DNA of 64,000 bases from the IMG/VR virus record IMGVR_UViG_3300027810_000002, positions 64,001 through 128,000 of that record. One strand, written 5' to 3'. The number at the start of each line of letters is the position of its first letter. Position 1 is the first letter of the stretch. Under the pieces are notes generated by a model. The model did no database searches, was not told the DNA's origin, and saw only the letters and a program-made list of their open reading frames with translations. Below, piece by piece: positions 1-9,829 of the stretch. Origin of the DNA: a virus. The position numbers were made by a program, and so were the translations under genes.

Positions 1-240
1 AAATTTAAATTTAAAAGAGACTGCACCAACGGACTCTGCAATTGGATTCACGTGTAATTTTTCACCAAGAGATCCTACAACCTCTTCTAAAACATGTAGA
101 GTTAGTGTTTCATATAGTCCAGTTGAAACTAATGGCAAATATGAAACCCCTTTCCATATATTTAATTCATTGTCATAAATTAAATTTAGGTCATTAGATT
201 CACTATCGAAAAATCTTAAATTTTGATAAATCTGCGCCAT
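1..240 (-). CDS. Partial CDS (runs off window), probable baseplate/structural protein
   Basis: ATG at 240 overlaps the stop of 240..512 (TAATG); open frame MAQIYQNLRFFDSESNDLNL... continues to position 1; not in ORF track. Confidence 0.75.
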   Translation of the reverse strand, partial: MAQIYQNLRFFDSESNDLNLIYDNELNIWKGVSYLPLVSTGLYETLTLHVLEEVVGSLGEKLHVNPIAESVGAVSFKFKF

Positions 241-512
241 TATCTAAAGTTTTTATAATCTTTTTTAGTTGTAAACGATTTAAATCCTTTTAAGTATGTT
301 ACCGAACCAACAAGGTCAGCTAATACTTTCTGGATTAAAACTACAAAATCATTCATTCTATTATTTCTAACAATATAAGGAGATATAGATTTCCTTAGCA
401 TGTTATCTTCATATGCGTTACCCTTGTTCTTACGATTATCCATAACACTCTCTCGAATGGTGTAGTTCCTCTTCTGCCTGCTCTTAAATAGATTCTGTAT
501 TAATGATGCCAT
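240..512 (-). CDS. Hypothetical protein in baseplate operon
   Basis: 90 aa ORF with start/stop overlaps on both sides. Confidence 0.65.
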   Translation of the reverse strand: MASLIQNLFKSRQKRNYTIRESVMDNRKNKGNAYEDNMLRKSISPYIVRNNRMNDFVVLIQKVLADLVGSVTYLKGFKSFTTKKDYKNFR

Positions 513-2332
513 TATAGTGCTCTTCTATTTTTAGCTTGTATTTTAGAGAATATTGTATGGGGTACCGCAGGTTCATCGAAATAAATAGATAACGCAGCTT
601 GTTCTCCAAGTTTAGCATCATCAGGTATTACAACACCATCGCGATCTAACCAACCTCCTCTGAATAAGGCAACTTCTTCTTTTGCTAATAATATATCACC
701 GAAAGAATCTAAATTAATTACATCCTCTGGCAATGCAGCGTTAGGTTCAAAACTTATTTTTCTTTCAGTAACTGTTCTTTTAAAGAAAACATATTTTTGT
801 TTTCCATTACCAATATCTTCTAGTATTGGGGTAGAAGGAGTAACTGTAACTTTGTTTAGGATGTAATATCCTAATCTCCTTGCATCTTCCTCTACTTTAG
901 ATATAAATCTTACATTTACTGAATCAATCCCCTCAACACTCTCTAAAAGGGCGATGATGTCTGATTTTGGTAAACGATCTCTTCTTGTTATATTGATTAA
1001 ATAATCCGATATTCTAGAACGTATTTCAGAATAAAGTGCAGGCTTGTTATATCCTTCAAAATATCTAACTTTAACATCCATGCTAAAATATTGAACATCA
1101 GGTTCTACGATCTTAACTTCGGTCGTAACCATTTGTTGTCCGCTGTTTTCAAGTAACTCTAGGAATCCATTCTTTTCGTCGCTTGAGAAAAAGAACTCGT
1201 CTAATGCTAAACTGAAATAATCTTTATTTTTGCTTAATTTTTTAGCAGTATCAGGTAACATAAATAAGTATATTACATTGTCATCATCAATATAACCATC
1301 ATCTGTCGTGTTATATGCATCTAAGTAAGAAAACATTCCATATCTTGAAAGGAAATGTTCAAATGATTCTGGATTTGCCAACACGAACGAATGCGATTGC
1401 AGTGGCGCGATTAATTTAGTTAATTCTACCGATTCAGGATCTGCTCCCATTTTAGGTGCAGCTGTAAAAGAAGACTCTAACAATTCGTTTAAATCATATG
1501 TTTCTCCTAATGAATCAAATCCTTCAGTTACGAATTTAAAAGTAAGATCTTTAGATCCTGATAAATTACCCTTTGTTCCGTCTGTGTTTAAATATTCTAC
1601 TTCAATAGAAGATCCTGCTACTGGTATTTTACCAAAAGAACCATTTCCAAAATAAATATCTAATCCTCCATTAATTCCGGTTTTAACAAGATATCCTTGA
1701 GTCCCAACCTTCATATCATATAAAGAATCATATTTAGACCATAGTGTGCTATTAACACTTACCCTAACCGAATGATGATCTGTTATTTTCTTAGTAACTA
1801 TATTATAAGACTGTAGTTTTTCACCTGTTCCTGTTACGGTCTGCGTTTCAGTCTTTCCTTGTACTACTGGGATACGAATATATGCAGCATTACTTTTTTC
1901 AATTCTAAATTGATCGTTGTTTGTTTTTAAAATATACTCTAAACCATTTGCTGTACATTTTATGATAGCATTTTGCGGTATATTAAGAGCGTCTCCTGCA
2001 ATATCAGTAGATGCTGAAGTGTTTAACCTAATTTTAATTTCGCCGTATGAGCTTGCTCCTCTGAATGCATCGTGACCGGCTAGTCTTGCGAGTCCGTATA
2101 TCGATTCAGGGTTTTGAGCAGTTAATATATTCTGTTCAACTGTTGCGTCTTCAACATAGAAGAAAATTAGTTTAGTAATTTCAGATAATACATCCAAGAT
2201 CTGTGAGAATGGAGAAGCAGTCGTGAATAGTTCACTAGTCCTTCCATATAAACGAGACATATATGACCTCGTATCCGTGATCATATCGTTTGCTCTTAAT
2301 CTAGTTGCATTTAAAAATTTAAATTCAGCCAT
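512..2332 (-). CDS. Baseplate wedge protein, T4 gp6-like
   Basis: 606 aa; EQNILTAQNPESIYGLARLAG, IYFGNGSFGKIP, GADPESVE motifs typical of gp6/baseplate J. Confidence 0.8.
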   Translation of the reverse strand: MAEFKFLNATRLRANDMITDTRSYMSRLYGRTSELFTTASPFSQILDVLSEITKLIFFYVEDATVEQNILTAQNPESIYGLARLAGHDAFRGASSYGEIKIRLNTSASTDIAGDALNIPQNAIIKCTANGLEYILKTNNDQFRIEKSNAAYIRIPVVQGKTETQTVTGTGEKLQSYNIVTKKITDHHSVRVSVNSTLWSKYDSLYDMKVGTQGYLVKTGINGGLDIYFGNGSFGKIPVAGSSIEVEYLNTDGTKGNLSGSKDLTFKFVTEGFDSLGETYDLNELLESSFTAAPKMGADPESVELTKLIAPLQSHSFVLANPESFEHFLSRYGMFSYLDAYNTTDDGYIDDDNVIYLFMLPDTAKKLSKNKDYFSLALDEFFFSSDEKNGFLELLENSGQQMVTTEVKIVEPDVQYFSMDVKVRYFEGYNKPALYSEIRSRISDYLINITRRDRLPKSDIIALLESVEGIDSVNVRFISKVEEDARRLGYYILNKVTVTPSTPILEDIGNGKQKYVFFKRTVTERKISFEPNAALPEDVINLDSFGDILLAKEEVALFRGGWLDRDGVVIPDDAKLGEQAALSIYFDEPAVPHTIFSKIQAKNRRAL

Positions 2333-2349
2333 TGTTTATTTTTATAATT

Positions 2350-2703
2350 TTATATATAGACTCCTAATTGGAATCTAGAATCTACTGTAATGTCTAAAAA
2401 GACTACGTGGTTTGATACGCCATCGACTACTTCGATGCCAACACTAACACTATATTTAGAAGCAAGCGGAATATATTCTGCTATTTGATCATCAATAATT
2501 GTTTTTAGTTGAAAATCGTTGTATCTAAATTCATAAACATAATCTTCTAAATTTGCTCCAAAATTAGGTTGCCCCAATACTTCTCCTTTTCTTGTGAAAA
2601 GCATTGTTTGTATCTGAGTTAACAACATCGACAGTTCGCTGTCTTGTTGCATTACATCAGCCTTGTAACCAGGTTCTCCTATATTTTTTACGTAAAACTC
2701 CAT
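2350..2703 (-). CDS. Baseplate wedge subunit, gp25-like
   Basis: LFTRKGEVLGQPNFGANLEDYVYE matches the gp25/GPW motif. Confidence 0.85.
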   Translation of the reverse strand: MEFYVKNIGEPGYKADVMQQDSELSMLLTQIQTMLFTRKGEVLGQPNFGANLEDYVYEFRYNDFQLKTIIDDQIAEYIPLASKYSVSVGIEVVDGVSNHVVFLDITVDSRFQLGVYI

Positions 2704-2719
2704 ATGATTATATATACGT

Positions 2720-3550
2720 TTAAGAATGCATCATCCAATCCGTTCCTTCGTCTCCTTTTATTTCTTCAATTATTGCTTCCAATTCTCCTTCTCCTAATCC
2801 CTGTATAAGATCTGCATTTACTTGGATATTTCCAGGTAATGTAAATCCGAATATTCCTAGTTTTTGACCTAAAGAAACTTTAATCTTAGCGGCACAATAT
2901 CTAAAGAATGCTTCATCTCCAAAGAGAGCACATTCTGGGATTGTTTCATATATTTCTAATATAATATCTCTCTTAGGAGTTTCTCCTGTAAATTTAAGTT
3001 CGTGTGTTAATTGGTTATAATTAAAACTAATTGGGTTATCTATGATTTGCCTAGCAAGATCATAAAAACTTTCGTTAATTACATATGATTGTAGGTTTTC
3101 TGCAGCAGCTGCTGTGTTTGCACCGCCATATGTTCCTTGCATCATCATTCTTTCCATACTGAAATCTCCTTTTTGAAAATCAATATCACTTGAACCTCCC
3201 CATCTTGAACCTGTTTCTGAACACCCATACACAGAGTATACTTCGTTTCCACCTGTTGATGGGTCCATTCCTGGTAATGTAAAAGATCTTGTTGCTTTAA
3301 ATTTATCAGAATCAAATAGAGCGTGAGGTAAAACCACAAAACTTTCTTTGACAGAGTATTCATAGTTTTTATAAAACCATTTCTTAGCTCTTTTAACTAT
3401 GTTTTGAACTTCCTTTTTTGGTAAATTCATTGGAATCATACACGATCCTGTTATGTCATCAGCAAGCTCCAACACAAATGTATTAAAACAATCTGCTCCT
3501 GGTTGTATATCATCTAGCCATGATTCTTGACCTACAAAAATATTACTCAT
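2720..3550 (-). CDS. Neck protein, T4 gp13-like
   Basis: C-terminal YCAAKIKVSLGQKLGIFGFTLPGNIQVNAD...ELEAIIEEI resembles the gp13 C-terminus. Confidence 0.7.
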   Translation of the reverse strand: MSNIFVGQESWLDDIQPGADCFNTFVLELADDITGSCMIPMNLPKKEVQNIVKRAKKWFYKNYEYSVKESFVVLPHALFDSDKFKATRSFTLPGMDPSTGGNEVYSVYGCSETGSRWGGSSDIDFQKGDFSMERMMMQGTYGGANTAAAAENLQSYVINESFYDLARQIIDNPISFNYNQLTHELKFTGETPKRDIILEIYETIPECALFGDEAFFRYCAAKIKVSLGQKLGIFGFTLPGNIQVNADLIQGLGEGELEAIIEEIKGDEGTDWMMHS

Positions 3551-3566
3551 TTTTTATTATTTATTT

Positions 3567-4859
3567 TTAAACTTCGTTGTATAGGATCTTTTCAGTTCCT
3601 TTAAACTTTGCTAATTTTTTATCGTATCTTCCTTCTCTAAATATACCGTCTTCCATGGAACCTTTTAAGATACCATCACCATATATATAACCATCTTTTA
3701 TTTTAACACTTTGGTGAATATAGCAGCTTTTTAACTTTGAAGAAATAATTTCACAGTTATCATAAAAATTACAATCATAAATATCAGATCCTGTTACAGT
3801 ACATTTAAACAAATCACAATAAAATAGTTCGCCACGAATATCGCATTCAATAAAATCATATCTTTCAAGTTCAACACAATATTGTAATTCACCTTTATTT
3901 ACCTGTATTTTACCGGTATCTGAGTCATAATTAATATGTCCTTTGATTAGTGATCCATGTGTAAAAAGTCTTATTACTCTTTCTTTAATATTTTGCCAAT
4001 GTAAATCTAAAATTTGTGGATCTTTTCTTAAATCAACAGTAAACTCTACGTTTTTCCAGTTTTTTTCAATATGTCTCCAATTTGATCTGGCATCGAGTAT
4101 TCTTTTATTCTCAGCCAATATCCTCTTTAACTCTATTGCATTAAGTTGTGTGAAATGATTATCTTCAGTCGAATTCCAAAGTTGTAATAGGAATTGATCT
4201 AACATGTATAAGATCGATGTTGTTTTCTTTTCCCAATCCTTTCCTCCAACATATCTAAATTCTAAATAGTTCTTATGTCTTTTGTCGAAATTGATTCCAT
4301 AGTATTTAGAATCAGGGTAGATAAAGTTTTGTGAGTGTATGTGTTCTCCGTTAAAGAAACTCATACCAGTCTTAGGTAATACGAATTTTATAGATTTAGC
4401 ATAAGCTGAATCCTTTCTGGTTGGAAAGAACTTAAATACTTGATCTTCTTTAAAATCAAGTATAAATTTAAGAACATTCATTTTAGAAACCCTATTCTTA
4501 TCCTTAATTTTATTTTTATCAAAAGATATGTTTAAGTGAATTGATGATCTATCCGTAGTATATCCGTTTTCTTCAATCCATTTACATACATTAATGATCA
4601 TTAATCTAGCACTGTAATATGGTATTGCACCTGTTACGAGCTCCATTAGCTTTGCACCACCGCTCATATCTGGTTCTAGTTTAAAATGATCAGCGGTCGG
4701 CTCAAATTCACTATGTGCTTTGTCTTCTATTTGAATCTTCTTATTTAAAAGAATTCCAATCTTTTTCGCTGTTTCTTCGATAGGGAGATTTGAATAAAAT
4801 TCAAACTCGACCCCTACCAATGCGTTTTTTAGTATTTCTGAATCATTAAATGTGTTCAT
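3567..4859 (-). CDS. Putative amidoligase (COOH-NH2 ligase) with C-terminal repeat region
   Basis: GVEFEF, MELVT, HLNIS, KYYGINF, LEFRY motifs of the Amidoligase_2 family. Confidence 0.75.
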   Translation of the reverse strand: MNTFNDSEILKNALVGVEFEFYSNLPIEETAKKIGILLNKKIQIEDKAHSEFEPTADHFKLEPDMSGGAKLMELVTGAIPYYSARLMIINVCKWIEENGYTTDRSSIHLNISFDKNKIKDKNRVSKMNVLKFILDFKEDQVFKFFPTRKDSAYAKSIKFVLPKTGMSFFNGEHIHSQNFIYPDSKYYGINFDKRHKNYLEFRYVGGKDWEKKTTSILYMLDQFLLQLWNSTEDNHFTQLNAIELKRILAENKRILDARSNWRHIEKNWKNVEFTVDLRKDPQILDLHWQNIKERVIRLFTHGSLIKGHINYDSDTGKIQVNKGELQYCVELERYDFIECDIRGELFYCDLFKCTVTGSDIYDCNFYDNCEIISSKLKSCYIHQSVKIKDGYIYGDGILKGSMEDGIFREGRYDKKLAKFKGTEKILYNEV

Positions 4860-4923
4860 CCTCGAATATATGTTAAACTTAAGTTAGTTTATATATTCAA
4901 GATATATTATGATAATATTGAAA

Positions 4924-5148
4924 CTATCTTTCTAAAATTACAAAATCACCAAAAGCATCATCAAAAACCCTGATTAAATTCTCGTAATCTCCACTTTGCA
5001 TTTGCTTAAGTAGATGTTCATATGGTTTATCTAAGTCTTGTGAAAACTTTTTAGCATACGCAAGTAATGCAAATGCATTGCCATCTGGCCCCGTTAAATC
5101 TATAACAATTGGTAATTCTTGATGCTTATGTAGTTTCTTTCTAATCAT
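4924..5148 (-). CDS. Small conserved phage protein (DLTGPDGNAF motif)
   Basis: Likely start MIRKK at 5148; IDLTGPDGNAFALL motif. Confidence 0.65.
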   Translation of the reverse strand: MIRKKLHKHQELPIVIDLTGPDGNAFALLAYAKKFSQDLDKPYEHLLKQMQSGDYENLIRVFDDAFGDFVILER

Positions 5149-5488
5149 TTTCAAGCATGTTAGAGGTTTCAATAAAATCAGAAATCTCCTTTTTTGTTAT
5201 ATTATTTATCAATGGGAATAATTCATTAATATCGTCTCTGCCTACCCATCCAATAACATCATCATCGATTCCCGGCTTTACTAGTTTAGTAAAAAAAGGT
5301 ATATTATCTTCATGTAATATTGCAATCTCAAAAGAAGAATGTTCTTTTTCAGAATTTAAATCTTCTCTTGGCATACAGTACGCTGTTTTACCAGCAGCAA
5401 CACTCAATATTAATCCGTTATCGAAGTGATGGGTTGCGTTTATTCCTCCCCATCCTAATTTTTTAAATTTTAATTCTTTAAATTTCAT
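5141..5488 (-). CDS. Hypothetical early protein
   Basis: 115 aa ORF downstream of early-type promoter. Confidence 0.65.
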   Translation of the reverse strand: MKFKELKFKKLGWGGINATHHFDNGLILSVAAGKTAYCMPREDLNSEKEHSSFEIAILHEDNIPFFTKLVKPGIDDDVIGWVGRDDINELFPLINNITKKEISDFIETSNMLEND

Positions 5489-5499
5489 GTTTTAATTTT

Positions 5500-5721
5500 T
5501 TAAAGTTCAAAGTTTTCTTGAAGTTCTTTGATTAACTTTTTAATCTCTTTTTTATTAAGAGTAATGTGTGTAAAGAAATCTCCTTGATCTCTCATTGTAA
5601 ATTGTACTTTCATACCTTCTTTACCACCACTGAATCTTGTTAGTGACATTTCAGTGTTTTCCATTTCATTTGTCTTTTGACTGTGAAATTGACCTTTAAG
5701 TGATTTAAGTTCTGTTGACAT
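5500..5721 (-). CDS. Hypothetical early protein
   Basis: 73 aa ORF directly behind TATATTTA promoter at 5745-5752. Confidence 0.7.
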   Translation of the reverse strand: MSTELKSLKGQFHSQKTNEMENTEMSLTRFSGGKEGMKVQFTMRDQGDFFTHITLNKKEIKKLIKELQENFEL

Positions 5722-5744
5722 ATCTGTTAGTTTTTAATTATAGT

Positions 5745-5816
5745 TAAATATAACACTTTTTATTGAAACAAAAAAACTTTTGTGCATTTATTTTGTAATT
5801 TATAATGATTATAAAT
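5745..5816 (-). promoter_or_regulatory. Early-type promoter (TATATTTA) with upstream 19-bp palindrome ATTTATAATGATTATAAAT
   Basis: Same cassette recurs at 22990, 57442, 57568, 58029, 59584, 61692. Confidence 0.75.
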
Positions 5817-5819
5817 AAG

Positions 5820-5850
5820 AAAGGCCCAAACATAAAATGAATGGGCCTTT
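5820..5850. terminator. Intrinsic terminator after bS1 gene
   Basis: aaaggccca...tgggccttt inverted repeat. Confidence 0.65.
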
Positions 5851-5872
5851 AGTTTATAAAAATAAAGTAGTC

Positions 5873-7141
5873 TTAGATTTTCAAGAAAATCTTTCTAGAG
5901 TCTGCGTCGATTCTAGTAACCTGTACTGTAATATTATCTCCAGGTTTGATAGTTTCTAAATCTATAACATCTTCGATTTCTGAAATATGTAATAGCCCAG
6001 CAACTCCTTTTTCAATGTCTACAAAGATACCATAGTCTTTTACTGCTCGAACTGTTCCAACAATTTCACTTGGTGTTTTGATTCTATCAGTAATACCATC
6101 CCATAAGTCAACGACTGGTTTTGCATCTAATTGTGTTAGGATAATCTTTTCGTTTGATACAACTTCTTTAATCTTAAATGCAATATCATCTCCGGGTTTA
6201 ATTTCCCTAGCTCTATGTGCTTTTAATAATTCAGGAGTTAGATCATTAACGTGAATCATTCCAGTTAAACATTCATCAAACTCTACAAATACTCCGTATT
6301 TCGCAGAACCTGTAACTTTACCAGTAAGATCTTGTGTTAGATTTTCCTTTAGTGCTTCAATTTTAGAAGGAATCATTGCTTTTAAGTATTCTCTGTGAGA
6401 TACTACAATAGTTCCTCTTTTTTCTGAGAAGCTTACAGGAACAACATACATATCGCTTCCTACAATAGATTCAAAGTCTGCTAATTTGTTAATTCCAGCT
6501 AAAGAACCTGGCATAAAACATTCAACCCCCTGTACTGTTACAATATAACCTCCACCTGGTATCATTTGAGAAACTGTACCCATATATCCGGTTGCACCGT
6601 CTTTAATGGATTCCATTATTTCTTTAACAACTGCTGATTTAATACCTGCACTGATAGATCCTAATACAAATCCTCGGCCTTCTCCCATTTGAAGAACTTG
6701 AATCTTAACCTCGGCGTCTGGGACAAATAATCCTCTAACGCTAACTTCTTCTTTTAAGACGTTAACATATACATTTTCACGATACCCGATGTCGACTGCA
6801 ACCCACTCTTTGTTTATACTAAAAATAGTACCTGAGTAGATTTCACCAACCCCAATCTTCATCTGAGCTGGTCTAGCCTCTTCATGACCGTTAAAAAGAT
6901 CTAAAAGATCCTGAGCATACGGCTCATGAGAATATACACTGTATTTACCTGTGTTTTTAAGTCCTTTGTTTATCTTTCTAGATCTTGAAGGACATGACGC
7001 TTGGTGAGCATCCCAATCGAATTCTTCGATTGGAACATTAGCATTTTCTAAGTATGCTAATTTGTCATTTTTTTTTGTTGTTTGAGCGACTGGTTCTTCT
7101 TTAGTTAGTCGTACTCTTTTTGTTTTAACGTCTGTGGACAT
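5873..7141 (-). CDS. rpsA: Ribosomal protein bS1-like (four S1 domains)
   Basis: Repeated S1 motifs (GYIVTVQGVECFMPGS, YGVFVEFDECLTGMIHVND, YGIFVDIEKGVAGLLHISEI); N-terminal PIEEFDWDAH resembles Bacteroidota bS1. Confidence 0.85.
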   Translation of the reverse strand: MSTDVKTKRVRLTKEEPVAQTTKKNDKLAYLENANVPIEEFDWDAHQASCPSRSRKINKGLKNTGKYSVYSHEPYAQDLLDLFNGHEEARPAQMKIGVGEIYSGTIFSINKEWVAVDIGYRENVYVNVLKEEVSVRGLFVPDAEVKIQVLQMGEGRGFVLGSISAGIKSAVVKEIMESIKDGATGYMGTVSQMIPGGGYIVTVQGVECFMPGSLAGINKLADFESIVGSDMYVVPVSFSEKRGTIVVSHREYLKAMIPSKIEALKENLTQDLTGKVTGSAKYGVFVEFDECLTGMIHVNDLTPELLKAHRAREIKPGDDIAFKIKEVVSNEKIILTQLDAKPVVDLWDGITDRIKTPSEIVGTVRAVKDYGIFVDIEKGVAGLLHISEIEDVIDLETIKPGDNITVQVTRIDADSRKIFLKI

Positions 7142-7206
7142 TCTTTTTTTAATTTAAATTGTTAATAATAGTGAATAAATAATTTTATAGGTTATATATA
7201 CTTTTT

Positions 7207-9060
7207 TTAAAATGAGAGCGGCATGAATCCTACCATAGGGATTGGACCACCTGGTGTTGCTATTCCACCTAAATATAAAAACTTTAATTTTAATAAGTGC
7301 TTTGCACATGCTCCTGCAAATGCTGTTGCAACTAAAGTGGCAGCAACCGGAGTTGCTGGAGGAACTTCAAAAAACTTACCATTGTTCCATGCTCTTCTTA
7401 AATCGTTTGCAAGTGATGTCTTACTACCATATGATATTGGTGCAAACACGCCAAGTAATGGAGGAGTTATATTACATGGTGGTATTGGAGGCCCACTTGT
7501 AAACGGCTGAACTGCTGCTGATTGCCAGTATTTAATAATAGCACCTGCCATTATCTCATACGGATCCTCGCCGTCTTCCTCTTGATCCTGTGAGTTTACC
7601 TCTTCCATGTAGTTGGCCCACTTTCTTTGAGTTTCCCACCATCTTTCTTGCTCTTTTTTATAGAGTGAATCCTTTTCACGTCTTCGCCATATTCGACCTA
7701 TGTTGTTAGTGTACATTAAAATCTTTCCATCAATGCTCGGAACGTATGTGAAGGCTTTAATTAAACCTTGTTTTATTTCTGCTGGTATTTCTTCTGGCCT
7801 TTGCTTATGCTCTTCTTGAAAGACATATTGATTAATCTGATAATCCGAAGTAGACAGGGGAGGTACGATAAGTTTACTTGTTAAAGAATATTTATTACCT
7901 CCATCTTTTATTACTTTATTTCTTTCTTCTTTTTCGGCACTTCTCCATTCTTTTTCTAAAAATTTTATTTTATCGTATATCTTTCTAGAAAGAGCCCGGT
8001 AGTTATACGGTATCTCTGTTCCATACCTTAGAAGCTCTACCCATAGCTTATATCCTTTTGAATTATCATTCCTTTTTAGAATTCTATTAACTAGAACATT
8101 TATTCTTTCTTCTTCTGTAAGATCTGGTATAGTATTTCTAACAGGCTTAGTAATATTTTCTGGATATCCTGCAGCGTATCCTTGTAACTTTTCATCAATA
8201 CCACTTAGCTTCTCTAATACTCCACCATCGCTTATAGTAATTGATTTAGTCTTATTTATTATTTTAATTAAAGATTTACCGGACATATCTAGTATTTCTT
8301 TAAATGTATATGTATATTTACCAGGAACTGCAGGTATGTTTATTACGGTAAAGGCAGTATTATTGCCAGCTCCGCTTCCGGAACCGCTACCAGAGCCCGA
8401 TGATGTCGAGCCAGAACCTACTGAACCTACTGTTAGCAAAGGCTGTTCAATTTCGTTTATTGTATATCTTATTTTAAAAGACTGTTCTGGATTAAATTTT
8501 TTAATTATAAATCGAACAACGTAATTATGAGATGGTGCGTTTATATCTGAACTTGCTTTAGTAACTACACTAAAATCTATATCTCCGTCATTCGTGGTGT
8601 CATTTGGATCCTCCTCTGGATATGGAACCGGGCATGTTGATTCATATAGGGGATAGTAATTGAACTTCTGAAGAGTGTCTGTGTTCTCTGAGGTCCATTT
8701 TTCTATCTCACACTGTGCGTCAAATGTTAAATCGGCTTCTGGGAGTATTTCAGTAATAGACTGATACTGCGATAAAGTTTTTCTATCCTCAAGAGAGGTT
8801 TCATAATCTTCAAAAAGCTTTTTAAATGCCTTGTCAAAGCCTTCCGTCAACACAGTCTTTACGCCAGCATTACTATGTGTATTTCCGAATGGGGTTTGTG
8901 CTGTTGATACTGCGGCAACATATTCATCTGCTAGAAACGAGGCAAAGTCGCCAATGCCCGGAGTATGTGGAGGTACCTGAGGTAATCCCATACTCTCTGC
9001 ACTTCTTGCTATTAGTTTTGCAGATACGTTATTAATAAATAAAGGCCATTTTGCCGGCAT
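7207..9060 (-). CDS. Probable baseplate-associated structural protein
   Basis: 617 aa directly downstream of the spike gene; Pro-rich ends, GS linker; late-type promoter at 9081. Confidence 0.5.
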   Translation of the reverse strand: MPAKWPLFINNVSAKLIARSAESMGLPQVPPHTPGIGDFASFLADEYVAAVSTAQTPFGNTHSNAGVKTVLTEGFDKAFKKLFEDYETSLEDRKTLSQYQSITEILPEADLTFDAQCEIEKWTSENTDTLQKFNYYPLYESTCPVPYPEEDPNDTTNDGDIDFSVVTKASSDINAPSHNYVVRFIIKKFNPEQSFKIRYTINEIEQPLLTVGSVGSGSTSSGSGSGSGSGAGNNTAFTVINIPAVPGKYTYTFKEILDMSGKSLIKIINKTKSITISDGGVLEKLSGIDEKLQGYAAGYPENITKPVRNTIPDLTEEERINVLVNRILKRNDNSKGYKLWVELLRYGTEIPYNYRALSRKIYDKIKFLEKEWRSAEKEERNKVIKDGGNKYSLTSKLIVPPLSTSDYQINQYVFQEEHKQRPEEIPAEIKQGLIKAFTYVPSIDGKILMYTNNIGRIWRRREKDSLYKKEQERWWETQRKWANYMEEVNSQDQEEDGEDPYEIMAGAIIKYWQSAAVQPFTSGPPIPPCNITPPLLGVFAPISYGSKTSLANDLRRAWNNGKFFEVPPATPVAATLVATAFAGACAKHLLKLKFLYLGGIATPGGPIPMVGFMPLSF

Positions 9061-9088
9061 GATTGTATCGTTTTATAGACTATATATC

Positions 9089-9829
9089 CTATTTACCAGT
9101 CTGTTGATAATCTATGTGAGTACTTTTAAGTTCTGCAACAGTTGACGGTGTCGGTGCTGCTGGGAAACCAGAGGGCCCAACCCCTGTTGGGTGAAAGTGG
9201 TAATTGTAATCATCTAGTAATTTGTTTAACCATTTCTCTAAAGAAACTCCTCGAACTGCAGGTTCACTAATGTCCTCCGTCACGTCACTACCGTCTACTG
9301 CTTCACCAGTGTTACTTAAAAATATATCACCAGAATCTAGAAATAGCTTTTGATCGGTAGATATCTTAATAATACCTTCTTCGTCGATTTGTATAAGCGG
9401 TCTTTCCTTTGGCCCAGATCCTCTTGAGATTACTAAACCGTCTTTAGTTGATGAATATATTCTTATGTTTCGTTCGGCATCATATACTAAACTAACAACA
9501 TCATGCGCATTATCAGGATCTTGTTCTAAAACTTCTGATTTAAGATCCTTATTTTGGTTAATTTGAAACCAGTATTCAGGATGGTATATGTTACCATTGT
9601 CAAATCTCACTGCAACAATATCTCCAACTCTTGGAATTGAATGTGCTCCTGCATTATCTCTATTCATTGGGGTTGCCCATGGAATTGATTCATTTTCTAA
9701 TAAATCAAACTTACCATAAACTTTAACTCGACATCTTCCTAAAAGAGAAGGATCTACATTATCAACCACCTCACCTAACCAGTGAGTTTCCCTAATATTA
9801 TCTTTTTCTAGTTCCTTGTCTCTTGCCAT
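9089..9829 (-). CDS. Baseplate central spike, gp5/gpV-like
   Basis: gp5 OB-fold motif GEVVDNVDPSLLGRCRVKV...PRVGDIVAVRF; C-terminal HFH metal-binding tip. Confidence 0.85.
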   Translation of the reverse strand: MARDKELEKDNIRETHWLGEVVDNVDPSLLGRCRVKVYGKFDLLENESIPWATPMNRDNAGAHSIPRVGDIVAVRFDNGNIYHPEYWFQINQNKDLKSEVLEQDPDNAHDVVSLVYDAERNIRIYSSTKDGLVISRGSGPKERPLIQIDEEGIIKISTDQKLFLDSGDIFLSNTGEAVDGSDVTEDISEPAVRGVSLEKWLNKLLDDYNYHFHPTGVGPSGFPAAPTPSTVAELKSTHIDYQQTGK

